Shown: positions 36,511 to 51,100 of the stretch, one piece after another | Layout: each line of letters opens with the position of its first letter | Numbering within the stretch: position 1 is the stretch's first letter | Source of the DNA: Eledone cirrhosa | Lineage: Eukaryota | Length of the DNA: 64,000 nucleotides | Assembly: GCA_964016885.1 (NCBI GenBank) | Contig: OZ024756.1 | Span: 1,612,001-1,676,000, forward strand | Direction of reading: 5' to 3' | Position numbers and translations under genes: made by a program | Notes under the pieces: generated by a model | What the model was told of the DNA's origin: nothing | The model's database searches: none | What the model saw: the letters and a program-made list of their open reading frames with translations, nothing else

Positions 36511-39500
36511 GTGTGCAGTGTCAGTGATCTGGTCCTCTATCTTGCTGTCTTCAGTACATCTATGAAGTGTGCAGTGTCAGTGATCTGGTCCTCTGTCTTG
36601 CTGTCTTCAGTACATCTATGAAGTGTGCAGTGTCAGTGATCTGGTCCTCTGTCTTGTTGTCTTCAGTTCATCTATGAAGTGTGCAGTGTCAGTGATCTGG
36701 TCCTCTGTCTTGTTGTCTTCAGTTCATCTATGAAGTGTGCAGTGTCAGTGATCTGGTCCTCTGTCTTGCTGTCTTCAGTACATCTATGAAGTGTGCAGTG
36801 TCAGTGATCTGGTCCTCTGTCTTGCTGTCTTCAGTACATCTATGAAGTGTGCAGTGTCAGTGATCTGGTCCTCTGTCTTGTTGTCTTCAGTTCATCTATG
36901 AAGTGTGCAGTGTCAGTGATCTGGTCCTCTGTCTTGCTGTCTTCAGTACATATATGAAGTGTGCAGTGTCAGTGATCTGGTCCTCTGTCTTGCTGTCTTC
37001 AGTTCATCTATGAAGTGTGCAGTGTCAGTGATCTGGTCCTCTGTCCTGCTGTCTTCAGTTCATCTATGAAGTGTGCAGTGTCAGTGATCTGGTCCTCTGT
37101 CTTGCTGTCTTCAGTTCATCTATGAAGTGTGCAGTGTCAGTGATCTGGTCCTCTGTCTTGCTGTCTTCAGTTCATCTATGAAGTGTGCAGTGTCAGTGAT
37201 CTGGTCCTCTGTCTTCCTGTCTTCAGTTCATCTATGAAGTGTGCAGTGTCAGTGATCTGGTCCTCTGTCTTGCTGTCTTCAGTTCATATATGAAGTGTGC
37301 AGTGTCAGTGATCTGGTCCTCTGTCTTGCTGTCTTCAGTACATCTATGAAGTGTGCAGTGTCAGTGATCTGGTCCTCTGTGTTGCTGCCTTCAGTACATC
37401 TATGAAGTGTGCAGTGTCAGTGATCTGGTCCTCTGTTTTGCTGTCTTCAGTTCATCTATGAAGTGTGCAGTGTCAGTGATCTGGTCCCCTGTCTTGCTGT
37501 CTTCAGTTCATCTATGAAGTGTGCAATGTCAGTGATCTGGTCCTCTGTCTTGCTGTTTTCAGTTCATCTATGAAGTGTGCAGTGTCAGTGATCTGGTCCT
37601 CTGTCTTGCTGTCTTCAGTTCATCTATGAAGTGTGCAGTGTCAGTGATCTGGTCCTCTGTCTTGCTGTCTTCAGTACATCTATGAAGTGTGCAGTGTCAG
37701 TGATCTGGTCCTCTGTCTTGCTGTCTTCAGTTCATCTATGAAGTGTGCAGTGTCAGTGATCTGGTCCTCTGTCTTGTTGTCTTCAGTTCATCTATGAAGT
37801 GTGCAGTGTAAGTGATCTGGTCCTCTGTCTTGCTGTCTTCAGTACATCTATGAAGTGTGCAGTGTCAGTGATCTGGTCCTCTGTCTTGTTGTCTTCAGTT
37901 CATCTATGAAGTGTGCAGTGTCAGTGATCTGGTCCTCTGTCTTGCTGTCTTCAGTACATCTATGAAGTGTGCAGTGTCAGTGATCTGGTCCTCTGTCTTG
38001 CTGTCTTCAGTACATCTATGAAGTGTGCAGTGTCAGTGATCTGGTCCTCTGTCTTGTTGTCTTCAGTTCATCTATGAAGTGTGCAGTGTCAGTGATCTGG
38101 TCCTCTGTCTTGCTGTCTTCAGTACATCTATGAAGTGTGCAGTGTCAGTGATCTGGTCCTCTGTCTTGCTGTCTTCAGTTCATCTATGAAGTGTGCAGTG
38201 TCAGTGATCTGGTCCTCTGTCTTGCTGTCTTCAGTTCATCTATGAAGTGTGCAGTGTCAGTGATCTGGTCCTCTGTCTTGCTGTCTTCAGTTCATCTATG
38301 AAGTGTGCAGTGTCAGTGATCTGGTCCTCTGTCTTGCTGTCTTCAGTTCATCTATGAAGTGTGCAGTGTCAGTGATCTGGTCCTCTGTCTTCCTGTCTTC
38401 AGTTCATCTATGAAGTGTGCAGTGTCAGTGATCTGGTCCTCTGTCTTGCTGTCTTCAGTTCATCTATGAAGTGTGCAGTGTCAGTGATCTGGTCCTCTGT
38501 CTTGCTGTCTTCAGTACATCTATGAAGTGTGCAGTGTCAGTGATCTGGTCCTCTGTCTTGCTGTCTTCAGTTCATCTATGAAATGTGCAGTGTCAGTGAT
38601 CTGGTCCTCTGTCTTGCTGTCTTCAGTACATCTATGAAGTGTGCAGTGCCAGTGATCTAGTCCTCTGTCTTGCTGTCTTCAGTTCATCTATGAAGTGTGC
38701 AGTGTCAGTGATCTTGTCCGCTGTCTTGCCGTCTTCAGTACATCTATGAATTGTGCAGTGTCAGTGATCTCGTCCTCTGTCTTGCTGTCTTCAGTACATC
38801 AATGAAGTGTGCAGTGTCAGTGATCTCGTCCTCTGTCTTGCTGTCTTCAGTACATCTATGAAGTGTGCAGTGTCAGTGATCTCGTCCTCTGTCTTGCTGT
38901 CTTCAGTACATCTATGAGGTGTGCAGTGTCAGTGATCTGGTCCTCTGTCTTGCTGTCTTCAGTACATCTATGAAGTGTGCAGTGTCAGTGATCTGGTCCT
39001 CTATCTTGCTGTCTTCAGTACATTTATGAAGTGTGCAGTGTCAGTGATCTGGTCCTCTGTCTTGCTGTCTTCAGTACATCTATGAAGTGTGCAGTGTCAG
39101 TGATCAGGTCCTCTGTCTTGCTGTCTTCAGTTCATCTATGAAGTGTGCAGTGTCAGTGATCAGGTCCTCTGTCTTGCTGTCTTCAGTACATCTATGAAGT
39201 GTGCAGTGTCAGTGATCTAGTCCTCTGTCTTGCTGTCTTCAGTTCATCTATGAAGTGTGCAGTGTCAGTGATCTTGTCCGCTGTCTTGCCGTCTTCAGTA
39301 CATCAATGAAGTGTGCAGTGTCAGTGATCTCGTCTTCTGTCTTGCTGTCTTCAGTACATCTATGAAGTGTGCAGTGTCAGTGATCTCGTCCTCTGTCTTG
39401 CTGTCTTCAGTACATCTATGAGGTGTGCAGTGTCAGTGATCTGGTCCTCTGTCTTGCTGTCTTCAGTACATCTATGAACTGTGCAGTGTCAGTGATCTGG

Positions 39501-42500
39501 TCCTCTGTCTTGCTGTCTTCAGTACATCTATGAAGTGTGCAGTGTCAGTGATCTGGTCCTCTGTCTTGTTGTCTTCAGTTCATCTATGAAGTGTGCAGTG
39601 TCAGTGATCTGGTCCTCTGTCTTGCTGTCTTCAGTTCATCTATGAAGTGTGCAGTGTCAGTGATCTGGTCCTCTGTCTTGTTGTCTTCAGTTCATCTATG
39701 AAGTGTGCAGTGTCAGTGACCTGGTCCTCTGTCTTGCTGTCTTCAGTACATCTATGAAGTGTGCAGTGTCAGTGATCTGGTCCTCTGTCTTGTTGTCTTC
39801 AGTTCATCTATGAAGTGTGCAGTGTCAGTGATCTGGTCCTCTGTCTTGCTGTCTTCAGTACATCTATGAAGTGTGCAGTGTCAGTGATCTGGTCCTCTGT
39901 CTTGCTGTCTTCAGTACATCTATGAAGTGTGCAGTGTCAGTGATCTGGTCCTCTGTCTTGCTGTCTTCAGTACATCTATGAAGTGTGCAGTGTCAGTGAT
40001 CTGGTCCTCTGTCTTGCTGTCTTCAGTTCATCTATGAAGTGTGCAGTGTCAGTGATCTGGTCCTCTGTCTTGCTGTCTTCAGTTCATCTATGAAGTGTGC
40101 AGTGTCAGTGATCTGGTCCTCTGTCTTGCTGTCTTCAGTTCATCTATGAAGTGTGCAGTGTCAGTGATCTGGTCCTCTGTCTTGCTGCCTTCAGTTCATC
40201 TATGAAGTGTGCAGTGTCAGTGATCTGGTCCTCTGTCTTCCTGTCTTCAGTTCATCTATGAAGTGTGCAGTGTCAGTGATCTGGTCCTCTGTCTTGCTGT
40301 CTTCAGTTCATCTATGAAGTGTGCAGTGTCAGTGATCTGGTCCTCTGTCTTGCTGTCTTCAGTACATCTATGAAGTGTGCAGTGTCAGTGATCTGGTCCT
40401 CTGTGTTGCTGTCTTCAGTACATATATGAAGTGTGCAGTGTCAGTGATCTGGTCCTCTGTCTTGCTGTCTTCAGTTCATCTATGAAGTGTGCAGTGTCAG
40501 TGATCTGGTCCCCTGTCTTGCTGTCTTCAGTTCATCTATGAAGTGTGCAATGTCAGTGATCTGGTCCTCTGTCTTGCTGTCTTCAGTTCATCTATGAAGT
40601 GTGCATTGTCAGTGATCTGGTCCTCTGTCTTGCTGTCTTCAGTTCATCTATGAAGTGTGCAGTGTCAGTGATCTGGTCCTCTGTCTTGCTGTCTTCAGTA
40701 CATCTATGAAGTGTGCAGTGTCAGTGATCTGGTCCTCTGTCTTGCTGTCTTCAGTACATCTATGAAGTGTGCAGTGTCAGTGATCTGGTCCTCTGTCTTG
40801 CTGTCTTCAGTTCATCTATGAAATGTGCAGTGTCAGTGATCTGGTCCTCTGTCTTGCTGTCTTCAGTATATCTATGAAGTGTGCAGTGCCAGTGATCTAG
40901 TCCTCTGTCTTGCTGTCTTCAGTTCATCTATGAAGTGTGCAGTGTCAGTGATCTTGTCCGCTGTCTTGCCGTCTTCAGTACATCTATGAAGTGTGCAGTG
41001 TCAGTGATCTCTTCCTCTGTCTTGCTGTCTTCAGTACATCAATGAAGTGTGCAGTGTCAGTGATCTCGTCCTCTGTCTTGCTGTCTTCAGTACATCTATG
41101 AAGTGTGCAGTGTCAGTGATCTCGTCCTCTGTCTTGCTGTCTTCGGTACATCTATGAAGTGTGCAGTGTCAGTGATCTGGTCCTCTATCTTGCTGTCTTC
41201 AGTACATCTATGAAGTGTGTAGTGTCAGTGATCTGGTCCTCTGTCTTGCTGTCTTCAGTACATCTATGAAGTGTGCAGTGTCAGTGATCTGGTCCTCTGT
41301 CTTGTTGTCTTCAGTTCATCTATGAAGTGTGCAGTGTCAGCGATCTGGTCCTCTGTCTTGCTGTCTTCAGTTCATCTATGAAGTGTGTAGTGTCAGTGAT
41401 CTGGTCCTCTGTCTTGCTGTCTTCAGTACATCTATGAAGTGTGCAGTGTCAGTGATCAGGTCCTCTGTCTTGCTGTCTTCAGTACATCTATGAAGTGTGC
41501 AGTGTCAGTGATCTGGACCTCTGTCTTGCTGTCTTCAGTACATCTATGAAGTGTGCAGTGTCAGTGATCTGGTCCTCTGTCTTGCTGTCTTCAGTACATC
41601 TATGATGTCTGCAGTGTCAGTGATCTGGTCCTCTGTCTTGCTGTCTTCAGTTCATCTATGAAGTGTGCAGTGTCAGTGATCTGGTCCTCTGTCTTGCTGT
41701 CTTCAGTACATCTATGAAGTGTGCAGTGTCAGTGATCTGGTCCTCTGTCTTGCTGTCTTCAGTACATCTATGAAGTGTGCAGTGTCAGTGATCTGGTCCT
41801 CTGTCTTGTTGTCTTCAGTTCATCTATGAAGTGTGCAGTGTCAGTGATCTGGTCCTCTGTCTTGCTGTCTTCAGTTCATCTATGAAGTGTGCAGTGTCAG
41901 TGATCTGGTCCTCTGTCTTGTTGTCTTCAGTTCATCTATGAATTGTGCAGTGTCAGTGATCTGGTCCTCTGTCTTGCTGTCTTCAGTACATCTATGAAGT
42001 GTGCAGTGTCAGTGATCTGGTCCTCTGTCTTGTTGTCTTCAGTTCATCTATGAAGTGTGCAGTGTCAGTGATCTGGTCCTCTGTCTTGCTGTCTTCAGTA
42101 CATCTATGAAGTGTGCAGTGTCAGTGATCTGGTCCTCTGTCTTGCTGTCTTCAGTACATCTATGAAGTGTGCAGTGTCAGTGATCTGGTCCTCTGTCTTG
42201 TTGTCTTCAGTTCATCTATGAAGTGTGCAGTGTCAGTGATCTGGTCCTCTGTCTTGCTGTCTTCAGTACATCTATGAAGTGTGCAGTGTCAGTGATCTGG
42301 TCCTCTGTCTTGCTGTCTTCAGTTCATCTATGAAGTGTGCAGTGTCAGTGATCTGGTCCTCTGTCTTGCTGTCTTCAGTTCATCTATGAAGTGTGCAGTG
42401 TCAGTGATCTGGTCCTCTGTCTTGCTGTCTTCAGTTCATCTATGAAGTGTGCAGTGTCAGTGATCTGGTCCTCTGTCTTGCTGTCTTCAGTTCATCTATG

Positions 42501-45180
42501 AAGTGTGCAGTGTCAGTGATCTGGTCCTCTGTCTTCCTGTCTTCAGTTCATCTATGAAGTGTGCAGTGTCAGTGATCTGGTCCTCTGTCTTGCTGTCTTC
42601 AGTTCATATATGAAGTGTGCAGTGTCAGTGATCTGGTCCTCTGTCTTGCTGTCTTCAGTACATCTATGAAGTGTGCAGTGTCAGTGATCTGGTCCTCTGT
42701 GTTGCTGTCTTCAGTACATCTATGAAGTGTGCAGTGTCAGTGATCTGGTCCTCTGTTTTGCTGTCTTCAGTTCATCTATGAAGTGTGCAGTGTCAGTGAT
42801 CTGGTCCCCTGTCTTGCTGTCTTCAGTTCATCTATGAAGTGTGCAATGTCAGTGATCTGGTCCTCTGTCTTGCTGTTTTCAGTTCATCTATGAAGTGTGC
42901 AGTGTCAGTGATCTGGTCCTCTGTCTTGCTGTCTTCAGTTCATCTATGAAGTGTGCAGTGTCAGTGATCTGGTCCTCTGTCTTGCTGTCTTCAGTACATC
43001 TATGAAGTGTGCAGTGTCAGTGATCTGGTCCTCTGTCTTGCTGTCTTCAGTTCATCTATGAAATGTGCAGTGTCAGTGATCTGGTCCTCTGTCTTGCTGT
43101 CCTCAGTACATCTATGAAGTGTGCAGTGCCAGTGATCTAGTCCTCTGTCTTGCTGTCTTCAGTTCATCTATGAAGTGTGCAGTGTCAGTGATCTTGTCCG
43201 CTGTCTTGCCGTCTTCAGTACATCTATGAAGTGTGCAGTGTCAGTGATCTCGTCCTCTGTCTTGCTGTCTTCAGTACATCAATGAAGTGTGCAGTGTCAG
43301 TGATCTCGTCCTCTGTCTTGCTGTCTTCAGTACATCTATGAAGTGTGCAGTGTCAGTGATCTCGTCCTCTGTCTTGCTGTCTTCAGTACATCTATGAGGT
43401 GTGCAGTGTCAGTGATCTGGTCCTCTGTCTTGCTGTCTTCAGTACATCTATGAAGTGTGCAGTGTCAGTGATCTGGTCCTCTATCTTGCTGTCTTCAGTA
43501 CATTTATGAAGTGTGCAGTGTCAGTGATCTGGTCCTCTGTCTTGCTGTCTTCAGTACATCTATGAAGTGTGCAGTGTCAGTGATCAGGTCCTCTGTCTTG
43601 CTGTCTTCAGTTCATCTATGAAGTGTGCAGTGTCAGTGATCAGGTCCTCTGTCTTGCTGTCTTCAGTACATCTATGAAGTGTGCAGTGTCAGTGATCTAG
43701 TCCTCTGTCTTGCTGTCTTCAGTTCATCTATGAAGTGTGCAGTGTCAGTGATCTTGTCCGCTGTCTTGCCGTCTTCAGTACATCAATGAAGTGTGCAGTG
43801 TCAGTGATCTCGTCTTCTGTCTTGCTGTCTTCAGTACATCTATGAAGTGTGCAGTGTCAGTGATCTCGTCCTCTGTCTTGCTGTCTTCAGTACATCTATG
43901 AGGTGTGCAGTGTCAGTGATCTGGTCCTCTGTCTTGCTGTCTTCAGTACATCTATGAAGTGTGCAGTGTCAGTGATCTGGTCCTCTATCTTGCTGTCTTC
44001 AGTACATCTATGAAGTGTGCAGTGTCAGTGATCTGGTCCTCTGTCTTGCTGTCTTCAGTACATCTATGAAGTGTGCAGTGTCAGTGATCTGGTCCTCTGT
44101 CTTGTTGTCTTCAGTTCATCTATGAAGTGTGCAGTGTCAGTGATCTGGTCCTCTGTCTTGTTGTCTTCAGTTCATCTATGAAGTGTGCAGTGTCAGTGAT
44201 CTGGTCCTCTGTCTTGCTGTCTTCAGTACATCTATGAAGTGTGCAGTGTCAGTGATCTGGTCCTCTGTCTTGCTGTCTTCAGTACATCTATGAAGTGTGC
44301 AGTGTCAGTGATCTGGTCCTCTGTCTTGTTGTCTTCAGTTCATCTATGAAGTGTGCAGTGTCAGTGATCTGGTCCTCTGTCTTGCTGTCTTCAGTACATA
44401 TATGAAGTGTGCAGTGTCAGTGATCTGGTCCTCTGTCTTGCTGTCTTCAGTTCATCTATGAAGTGTGCAGTGTCAGTGATCTGGTCCTCTGTCCTGCTGT
44501 CTTCAGTTCATCTATGAAGTGTGCAGTGTCAGTGATCTGGTCCTCTGTCTTGCTGTCTTCAGTTCATCTATGAAGTGTGCAGTGTCAGTGATCTGGTCCT
44601 CTGTCTTGCTGTCTTCAGTTCATCTATGAAGTGTGCAGTGTCAGTGATCTGGTCCTCTGTCTTCCTGTCTTCAGTTCATCTATGAAGTGTGCAGTGTCAG
44701 TGATCTGGTCCTCTGTCTTGCTGTCTTCAGTTCATATATGAAGTGTGCAGTGTCAGTGATCTGGTCCTCTGTCTTGCTGTCTTCAGTACATCTATGAAGT
44801 GTGCAGTGTCAGTGATCTGGTCCTCTGTGTTGCTGCCTTCAGTACATCTATGAAGTGTGCAGTGTCAGTGATCTGGTCCTCTGTTTTGCTGTCTTCAGTT
44901 CATCTATGAAGTGTGCAGTGTCAGTGATCTGGTCCCCTGTCTTGCTGTCTTCAGTTCATCTATGAAGTGTGCAATGTCAGTGATCTGGTCCTCTGTCTTG
45001 CTGTTTTCAGTTCATCTATGAAGTGTGCAGTGTCAGTGATCTGGTCCTCTGTCTTGCTGTCTTCAGTTCATCTATGAAGTGTGCAGTGTCAGTGATCTGG
45101 TCCTCTGTCTTGCTGTCTTCAGTACATCTATGAAGTGTGCAGTGTCAGTGATCTGGTCCTCTGTCTTGCTGTCTTCAGTT
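29930..45180. repeat. Large tandem duplication of 139/133 monomers (7,784/7,448 bp); the second copy lacks 6 monomers near 38.45 kb
   Basis: GTGTAAGTG monomers 30022/37806 are offset 7784. Offset 7448 then holds for monomers 31254/38702 and 33494/40942, GTCCTCAG 35651/43099 and CTGTCCTG 37041/44489. Confidence 0.9.
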
Positions 45181-48100
45181 CATCTATGAAATGTGCAGTG
45201 TCAGTGATCTGGTCCTCTGTCTTGCTGTCTTCAGTACATCTATGAAGTGTGCAGTGCCAGTGATCTAGTCCTCTGTCTTGCTGTCTTCAGTTCATCTATG
45301 AAGTGTGCAGTGTCAGTGATCTTGTCCGCTGTCTTGCCGTCTTCAGTACATCTATGAATTGTGCAGTGTCAGTGATCTCGTCCTCTGTCTTGCTGTCTTC
45401 AGTACATCAATGAAGTGTGCAGTGTCAGTGATCTCGTCCTCTGTCTTGCTGTCTTCAGTACATCTATGAAGTGTGCAGTGTCAGTGATCTCGTCCTCTGT
45501 CTTGCTGTCTTCAGTACATCTATGAGGTGTGCAGTGTCAGTGATCTGGTCCTCTGTCTTGCTGTCTTCAGTACATCTATGAAGTGTGCAGTGTCAGTGAT
45601 CTGGTCCTCTATCTTGCTGTCTTCAGTACATTTATGAAGTGTGCAGTGTCAGTGATCTGGTCCTCTGTCTTGCTGTCTTCAGTACATCTATGAAGTGTGC
45701 AGTGTCAGTGATCAGGTCCTCTGTCTTGCTGTCTTCAGTTCATCTATGAAGTGTGCAGTGTCAGTGATCAGGTCCTCTGTCTTGCTGTCTTCAGTACATC
45801 TATGAAGTGTGCAGTGTCAGTGATCTAGTCCTCTGTCTTGCTGTCTTCAGTTCATCTATGAAGTGTGCAGTGTCAGTGATCTTGTCCGCTGTCTTGCCGT
45901 CTTCAGTACATCAATGAAGTGTGCAGTGTCAGTGATCTCGTCTTCTGTCTTGCTGTCTTCAGTACATCTATGAAGTGTGCAGTGTCAGTGATCTCGTCCT
46001 CTGTCTTGCTGTCTTCAGTACATCTATGAGGTGTGCAGTGTCAGTGATCTGGTCCTCTGTCTTGCTGTCTTCAGTACATCTATGAAGTGTGCAGTGTCAG
46101 TGATCTGGTCCTCTATCTTGCTGTCTTCAGTACATCTATGAAGTGTGCAGTGTCAGTGATCTGGTCCTCTGTCTTGCTGTCTTCAGTACATCTATGAAGT
46201 GTGCAGTGTCAGTGATCTGGTCCTCTGTCTTGCTGTCTTCAGTTCATATATGAAGTGTGCAGTGTCAGTGATCTGGTCCTCTGTCTTGCTGTCTTCAGTT
46301 CATCTATGAAGTGTGTAGTGTCAGTGATCTGGTCCTCTGTCTTGCTGTCTTCAGTACATCTATGAAGTGTGCAGTGTCAGTGATCAGGTTCTCTGTCTTG
46401 CTGTCTTCAGTACATCTATGAAGTGTGCAGTGTCAGTGATCTGGTCCTCTGTCTTGCTGTCTTCAGTACATCTATGAAGTCTGCAGTGTCAGTGATCTGG
46501 TCCTCTGTCTTGCTGTCTTCAGTTCATCTATGAAGTGTGCAGTGTCAGTGATCTGGTCCTCTGTCTTGCTGTCTTCAGTACATCTATGAAGTGTGCAGTG
46601 TCAGTGATCTGGTCCTCTGTCTTGCTGTCTTCAGTACATCTATGAAGTGTGCAGTGTCAGTGATCTGGTCCTCTGTCTTGTTGTCTTCAGTTCATCTATG
46701 AAGTGTGCAGTGTCAGTGATCTGGTCCTCTGTCTTGCTGTCTTCAGTTCATCTATGAAGTGTGCAGTGTCAGTGATCTGGTCCTCTGTCTTGTTGTCTTC
46801 AGTTCATCTATGAAGTGTGCAGTGTCAGTGATCTGGTCCTCTGTCTTGCTGTCTTCAGTACATCTATGAAGTGTGCAGTGTCAGTGATCTGGTCCTCTGT
46901 CTTGTTGTCTTCAGTTCATCTATGAAGTGTGCAGTGTCAGTGATCTGGTCCTCTGTCTTGCTGTCTTCAGAACATCTATGAAGTGTGCAGTGTCAGTGAT
47001 CTGGTCCTCTGTCTTGCTGTCTTCAGTACATCTATGAAGTGTGCAGTGTCAGTGATCTGGTCCTCTGTCTTTTTGTCTTCAGTTCATCTATGAAGTGTGC
47101 AGTGTCAGTGATCTGGTCCTCTGTCTTGCTGTCTTCAGTTCATCTATGAAGTGTGCAGTGTCAGTGATCTGGTCCTCTGTCTTGCTGTCTTCAGTTCATC
47201 TATGAAGTGTGCAGTGTCAGTGATCTGGTCCTCTGTGTTGCTGTCTTCAGTACATCTATGAAGTGTGCAGTGTCAGTGATCTGGTCCTCTGTCTTGCTGT
47301 CTTCAGTTCATCTATGAAGTGTGCAGTGTCAGTGATCTGGTCCCCTGTCTTGCTGTCTTCAGTTCATCTATGAAGTGTGCAATGTCAGTGATCTGGTCCT
47401 CTGTCTTGCTGTCTTCAGTTCATCTATGAAGTGTGCAGTGTCAGTGATCTGGTCCTCTGTCTTGCTGTCTTCAGTTCATCTATGAAGTGTGCAGTGTCAG
47501 TGATCTGGTCCTCTGTCTTGCTGTCTTCAGTACATCTATGAAGTGTGCAGTGTCAGTGATCTGGTCCTCTGTCTTGCTGTCTTCAGTACATCTATGAAGT
47601 GTGCAGTGTCAGTGATCTGGTCCTCTGTCTTGCTGTCTTCAGTTCATCTATGAAGTGTGCAGTGTCAGTGATCTGGTCCTCTATCTTGCTGTCTTCAGTA
47701 CATCTATGTAGTGTGCAGTGTCAGTGATCTGGTCCTCTGTCTTGCCTTCTTCAGTTCATCTATGAAGTGTGTAGTGTCAGTGATCTGGTCCTCTGTCTTG
47801 CTGTCTTCAGTACATCTATGAAGTGTGCAGTGTCAGTGATCTGGTCCTCTGTCTTGCTGTCTTCAGTACATCTATGAAGTGTGCCGTGTCAGTGATCAGC
47901 TCCTCTGTCTTGCTGTCTTCAGTTCATCTATGATGTGTGCAGTGTCAGTGATCTGGTCCTCTGTCTTGCTGTCTTCAGTACATCTATGAAGTGTGCAGTG
48001 TCAGTGATCAGCTCCTCTGTCTTGCTGTCTTCAGTTCATCTATGATGTGTGCAGTGTCAGGGATCTGGTCCTCCGTCTTGCTGTCTTCAGTACATCTATG

Positions 48101-51100
48101 TAGTGTGCAATGTCAGTGATCTGGTCCTCTATCTTGCTGTCTTCAGTTCATCTATGAAGTGTGCAGTGTCAGTGATCTGGTCCTCTGTCTTGCTGTCTTC
48201 AGTTCATCTATGAAGTGTGCAGTGTCAGTGATCTGGTCCTCCGTCTTGCTGTCTTCAGTACATCTATGAAGTGTGCAGCGTCAGTGATCTGGTCCTCTGT
48301 CTTGCTGTTTTCAGTACATCTATGAAGGGTGCAGTGTCAGTGATCTGGTCCTCCGTCTTGCTGTCTTCAGTACATCTATTAAGTGTGCAGTGTCAGTGAT
48401 CTGGCCCTCTGTCTTGCTGTCTTCAGTTCATCTATGAAGTGTGCAGTGTCAGTGATCTGGTCCTCTGTCTTGCTGTCTTCAGTTCATCTATGAAGTGTGC
48501 AGTGTCAGTGATCTGGTCCTCTGTCTTACTGTTTTCAGTACATCTATGAAGTGTGCAGTGTCAGTGATCTGGTCCTCTGTCTTGCTGTCTTCAGTTCATC
48601 TATGAAATGTGCAGTGTCAGTGATCTGGTCCTCTGTCTTGCTGTCTTCAGTACATCTATGAAGTGTGCAGTGCCAGTGATCTAGTCCTCTGTCTTGCTGT
48701 CTTCAGTTCATCTATGAAGTGTGCAGTGTCAGTGATCTTGTCCGCTGTCTTGCCGTCTTCAGTACATCTATGAATTGTGCAGTGTCAGTGATCTCGTCCT
48801 CTGTCTTGCTGTCTTCAGTACATCAATGAAGTGTGCAGTGTCAGTGATCTCGTCCTCTGTCTTGCTGTCTTCAGTACATCTATGAAGTGTGCAGTGTCAG
48901 TGATCTCGTCCTCTGTCTTGCTGTCTTCAGTACATCTATGAGGTGTGCAGTGTCAGTGATCTGGTCCTCTGTCTTGCTGTCTTCAGTACATCTATGAAGT
49001 GTGCAGTGTCAGTGATCTGGTCCTCTATCTTGCTGTCTTCAGTACATTTATGAAGTGTGCAGTGTCAGTGATCTGGTCCTCTGTCTTGCTGTCTTCAGTA
49101 CATCTATGAAGTGTGCAGTGTCAGTGATCAGGTCCTCTGTCTTGCTGTCTTCAGTTCATCTATGAAGTGTGCAGTGTCAGTGATCAGGTCCTCTGTCTTG
49201 CTGTCTTCAGTACATCTATGAAGTGTGCAGTGTCAGTGATCTAGTCCTCTGTCTTGCTGTCTTCAGTTCATCTATGAAGTGTGCAGTGTCAGTGATCTTG
49301 TCCGCTGTCTTGCCGTCTTCAGTACATCAATGAAGTGTGCAGTGTCAGTGATCTCGTCTTCTGTCTTGCTGTCTTCAGTACATCTATGAAGTGTGCAGTG
49401 TCAGTGATCTCGTCCTCTGTCTTGCTGTCTTCAGTACATCTATGAGGTGTGCAGTGTCAGTGATCTGGTCCTCTGTCTTGCTGTCTTCAGTACATCTATG
49501 AAGTGTGCAGTGTCAGTGATCTGGTCCTCTATCTTGCTGTCTTCAGTACATCTATGAAGTGTGCAGTGTCAGTGATCTGGTCCTCTGTCTTGCTGTCTTC
49601 AGTACATCTATGAAGTGTGCAGTGTCAGTGATCTGGTCCTCTGTCTTGTTGTCTTCAGTTCATCTATGAAGTGTGCAGTGTCAGTGATCTGGTCCTCTGT
49701 CTTGCTGTCTTCAGTTCATCTATGAAGTGTGTAGTGTCAGTGATCTGGTCCTCTGTCTTGCTGTCTTCAGTACATCTATGAAGTGTGCAGTGTCAGTGAT
49801 CAGGTTCTCTGTCTTGCTGTCTTCAGTACATCTATGAAGTGTGCAGTGTCAGTGATCTGGTCCTCTGTCTTGCTGTCTTCAGTACATCTATGAAGTCTGC
49901 AGTGTCAGTGATCTGGTCCTCTGTCTTGCTGTCTTCAGTTCATCTATGAAGTGTGCAGTGTCAGTGATCTGGTCCTCTGTCTTGCTGTCTTCAGTACATC
50001 TATGAAGTGTGCAGTGTCAGTGATCTGGTCCTCTGTCTTGCTGTCTTCAGTACATCTATGAAGTGTGCAGTGTCAGTGATCTGGTCCTCTGTCTTGTTGT
50101 CTTCAGTTCATCTATGAAGTGTGCAGTGTCAGTGATCTGGTCCTCTGTCTTGCTGTCTTCAGTTCATCTATGAAGTGTGCAGTGTCAGTGATCTGGTCCT
50201 CTGTCTTGTTGTCTTCAGTTCATCTATGAAGTGTGCAGTGTCAGTGATCTGGTCCTCTGTCTTGCTGTCTTCAGTACATCTATGAAGTGTGCAGTGTCAG
50301 TGATCTGGTCCTCTGTCTTGTTGTCTTCAGTTCATCTATGAAGTGTGCAGTGTCAGTGATCTGGTCCTCTGTCTTGCTGTCTTCAGAACATCTATGAAGT
50401 GTGCAGTGTCAGTGATCTGGTCCTCTGTCTTGCTGTCTTCAGTACATCTATGAAGTGTGCAGTGTCAGTGATCTGGTCCTCTGTCTTTTTGTCTTCAGTT
50501 CATCTATGAAGTGTGCAGTGTCAGTGATCTGGTCCTCTGTCTTGCTGTCTTCAGTTCATCTATGAAGTGTGCAGTGTCAGTGATCTGGTCCTCTGTCTTG
50601 CTGTCTTCAGTTCATCTATGAAGTGTGCAGTGTCAGTGATCTGGTCCTCTGTGTTGCTGTCTTCAGTACATCTATGAAGTGTGCAGTGTCAGTGATCTGG
50701 TCCTCTGTCTTGCTGTCTTCAGTTCATCTATGAAGTGTGCAGTGTCAGTGATCTGGTCCCCTGTCTTGCTGTCTTCAGTTCATCTATGAAGTGTGCAATG
50801 TCAGTGATCTGGTCCTCTGTCTTGCTGTCTTCAGTTCATCTATGAAGTGTGCAGTGTCAGTGATCTGGTCCTCTGTCTTGCTGTCTTCAGTTCATCTATG
50901 AAGTGTGCAGTGTCAGTGATCTGGTCCTCTGTCTTGCTGTCTTCAGTACATCTATGAAGTGTGCAGTGTCAGTGATCTCGTCCTCTGTCTTGCTGTCTTC
51001 AGTACATCTATGAGGTGTGCAGTGTCAGTGATCTGGTCCTCTGTCTTGCTGTCTTCAGTACATCTATGAAGTGTGCAGTGTCAGTGATCTGGTCCTCTAT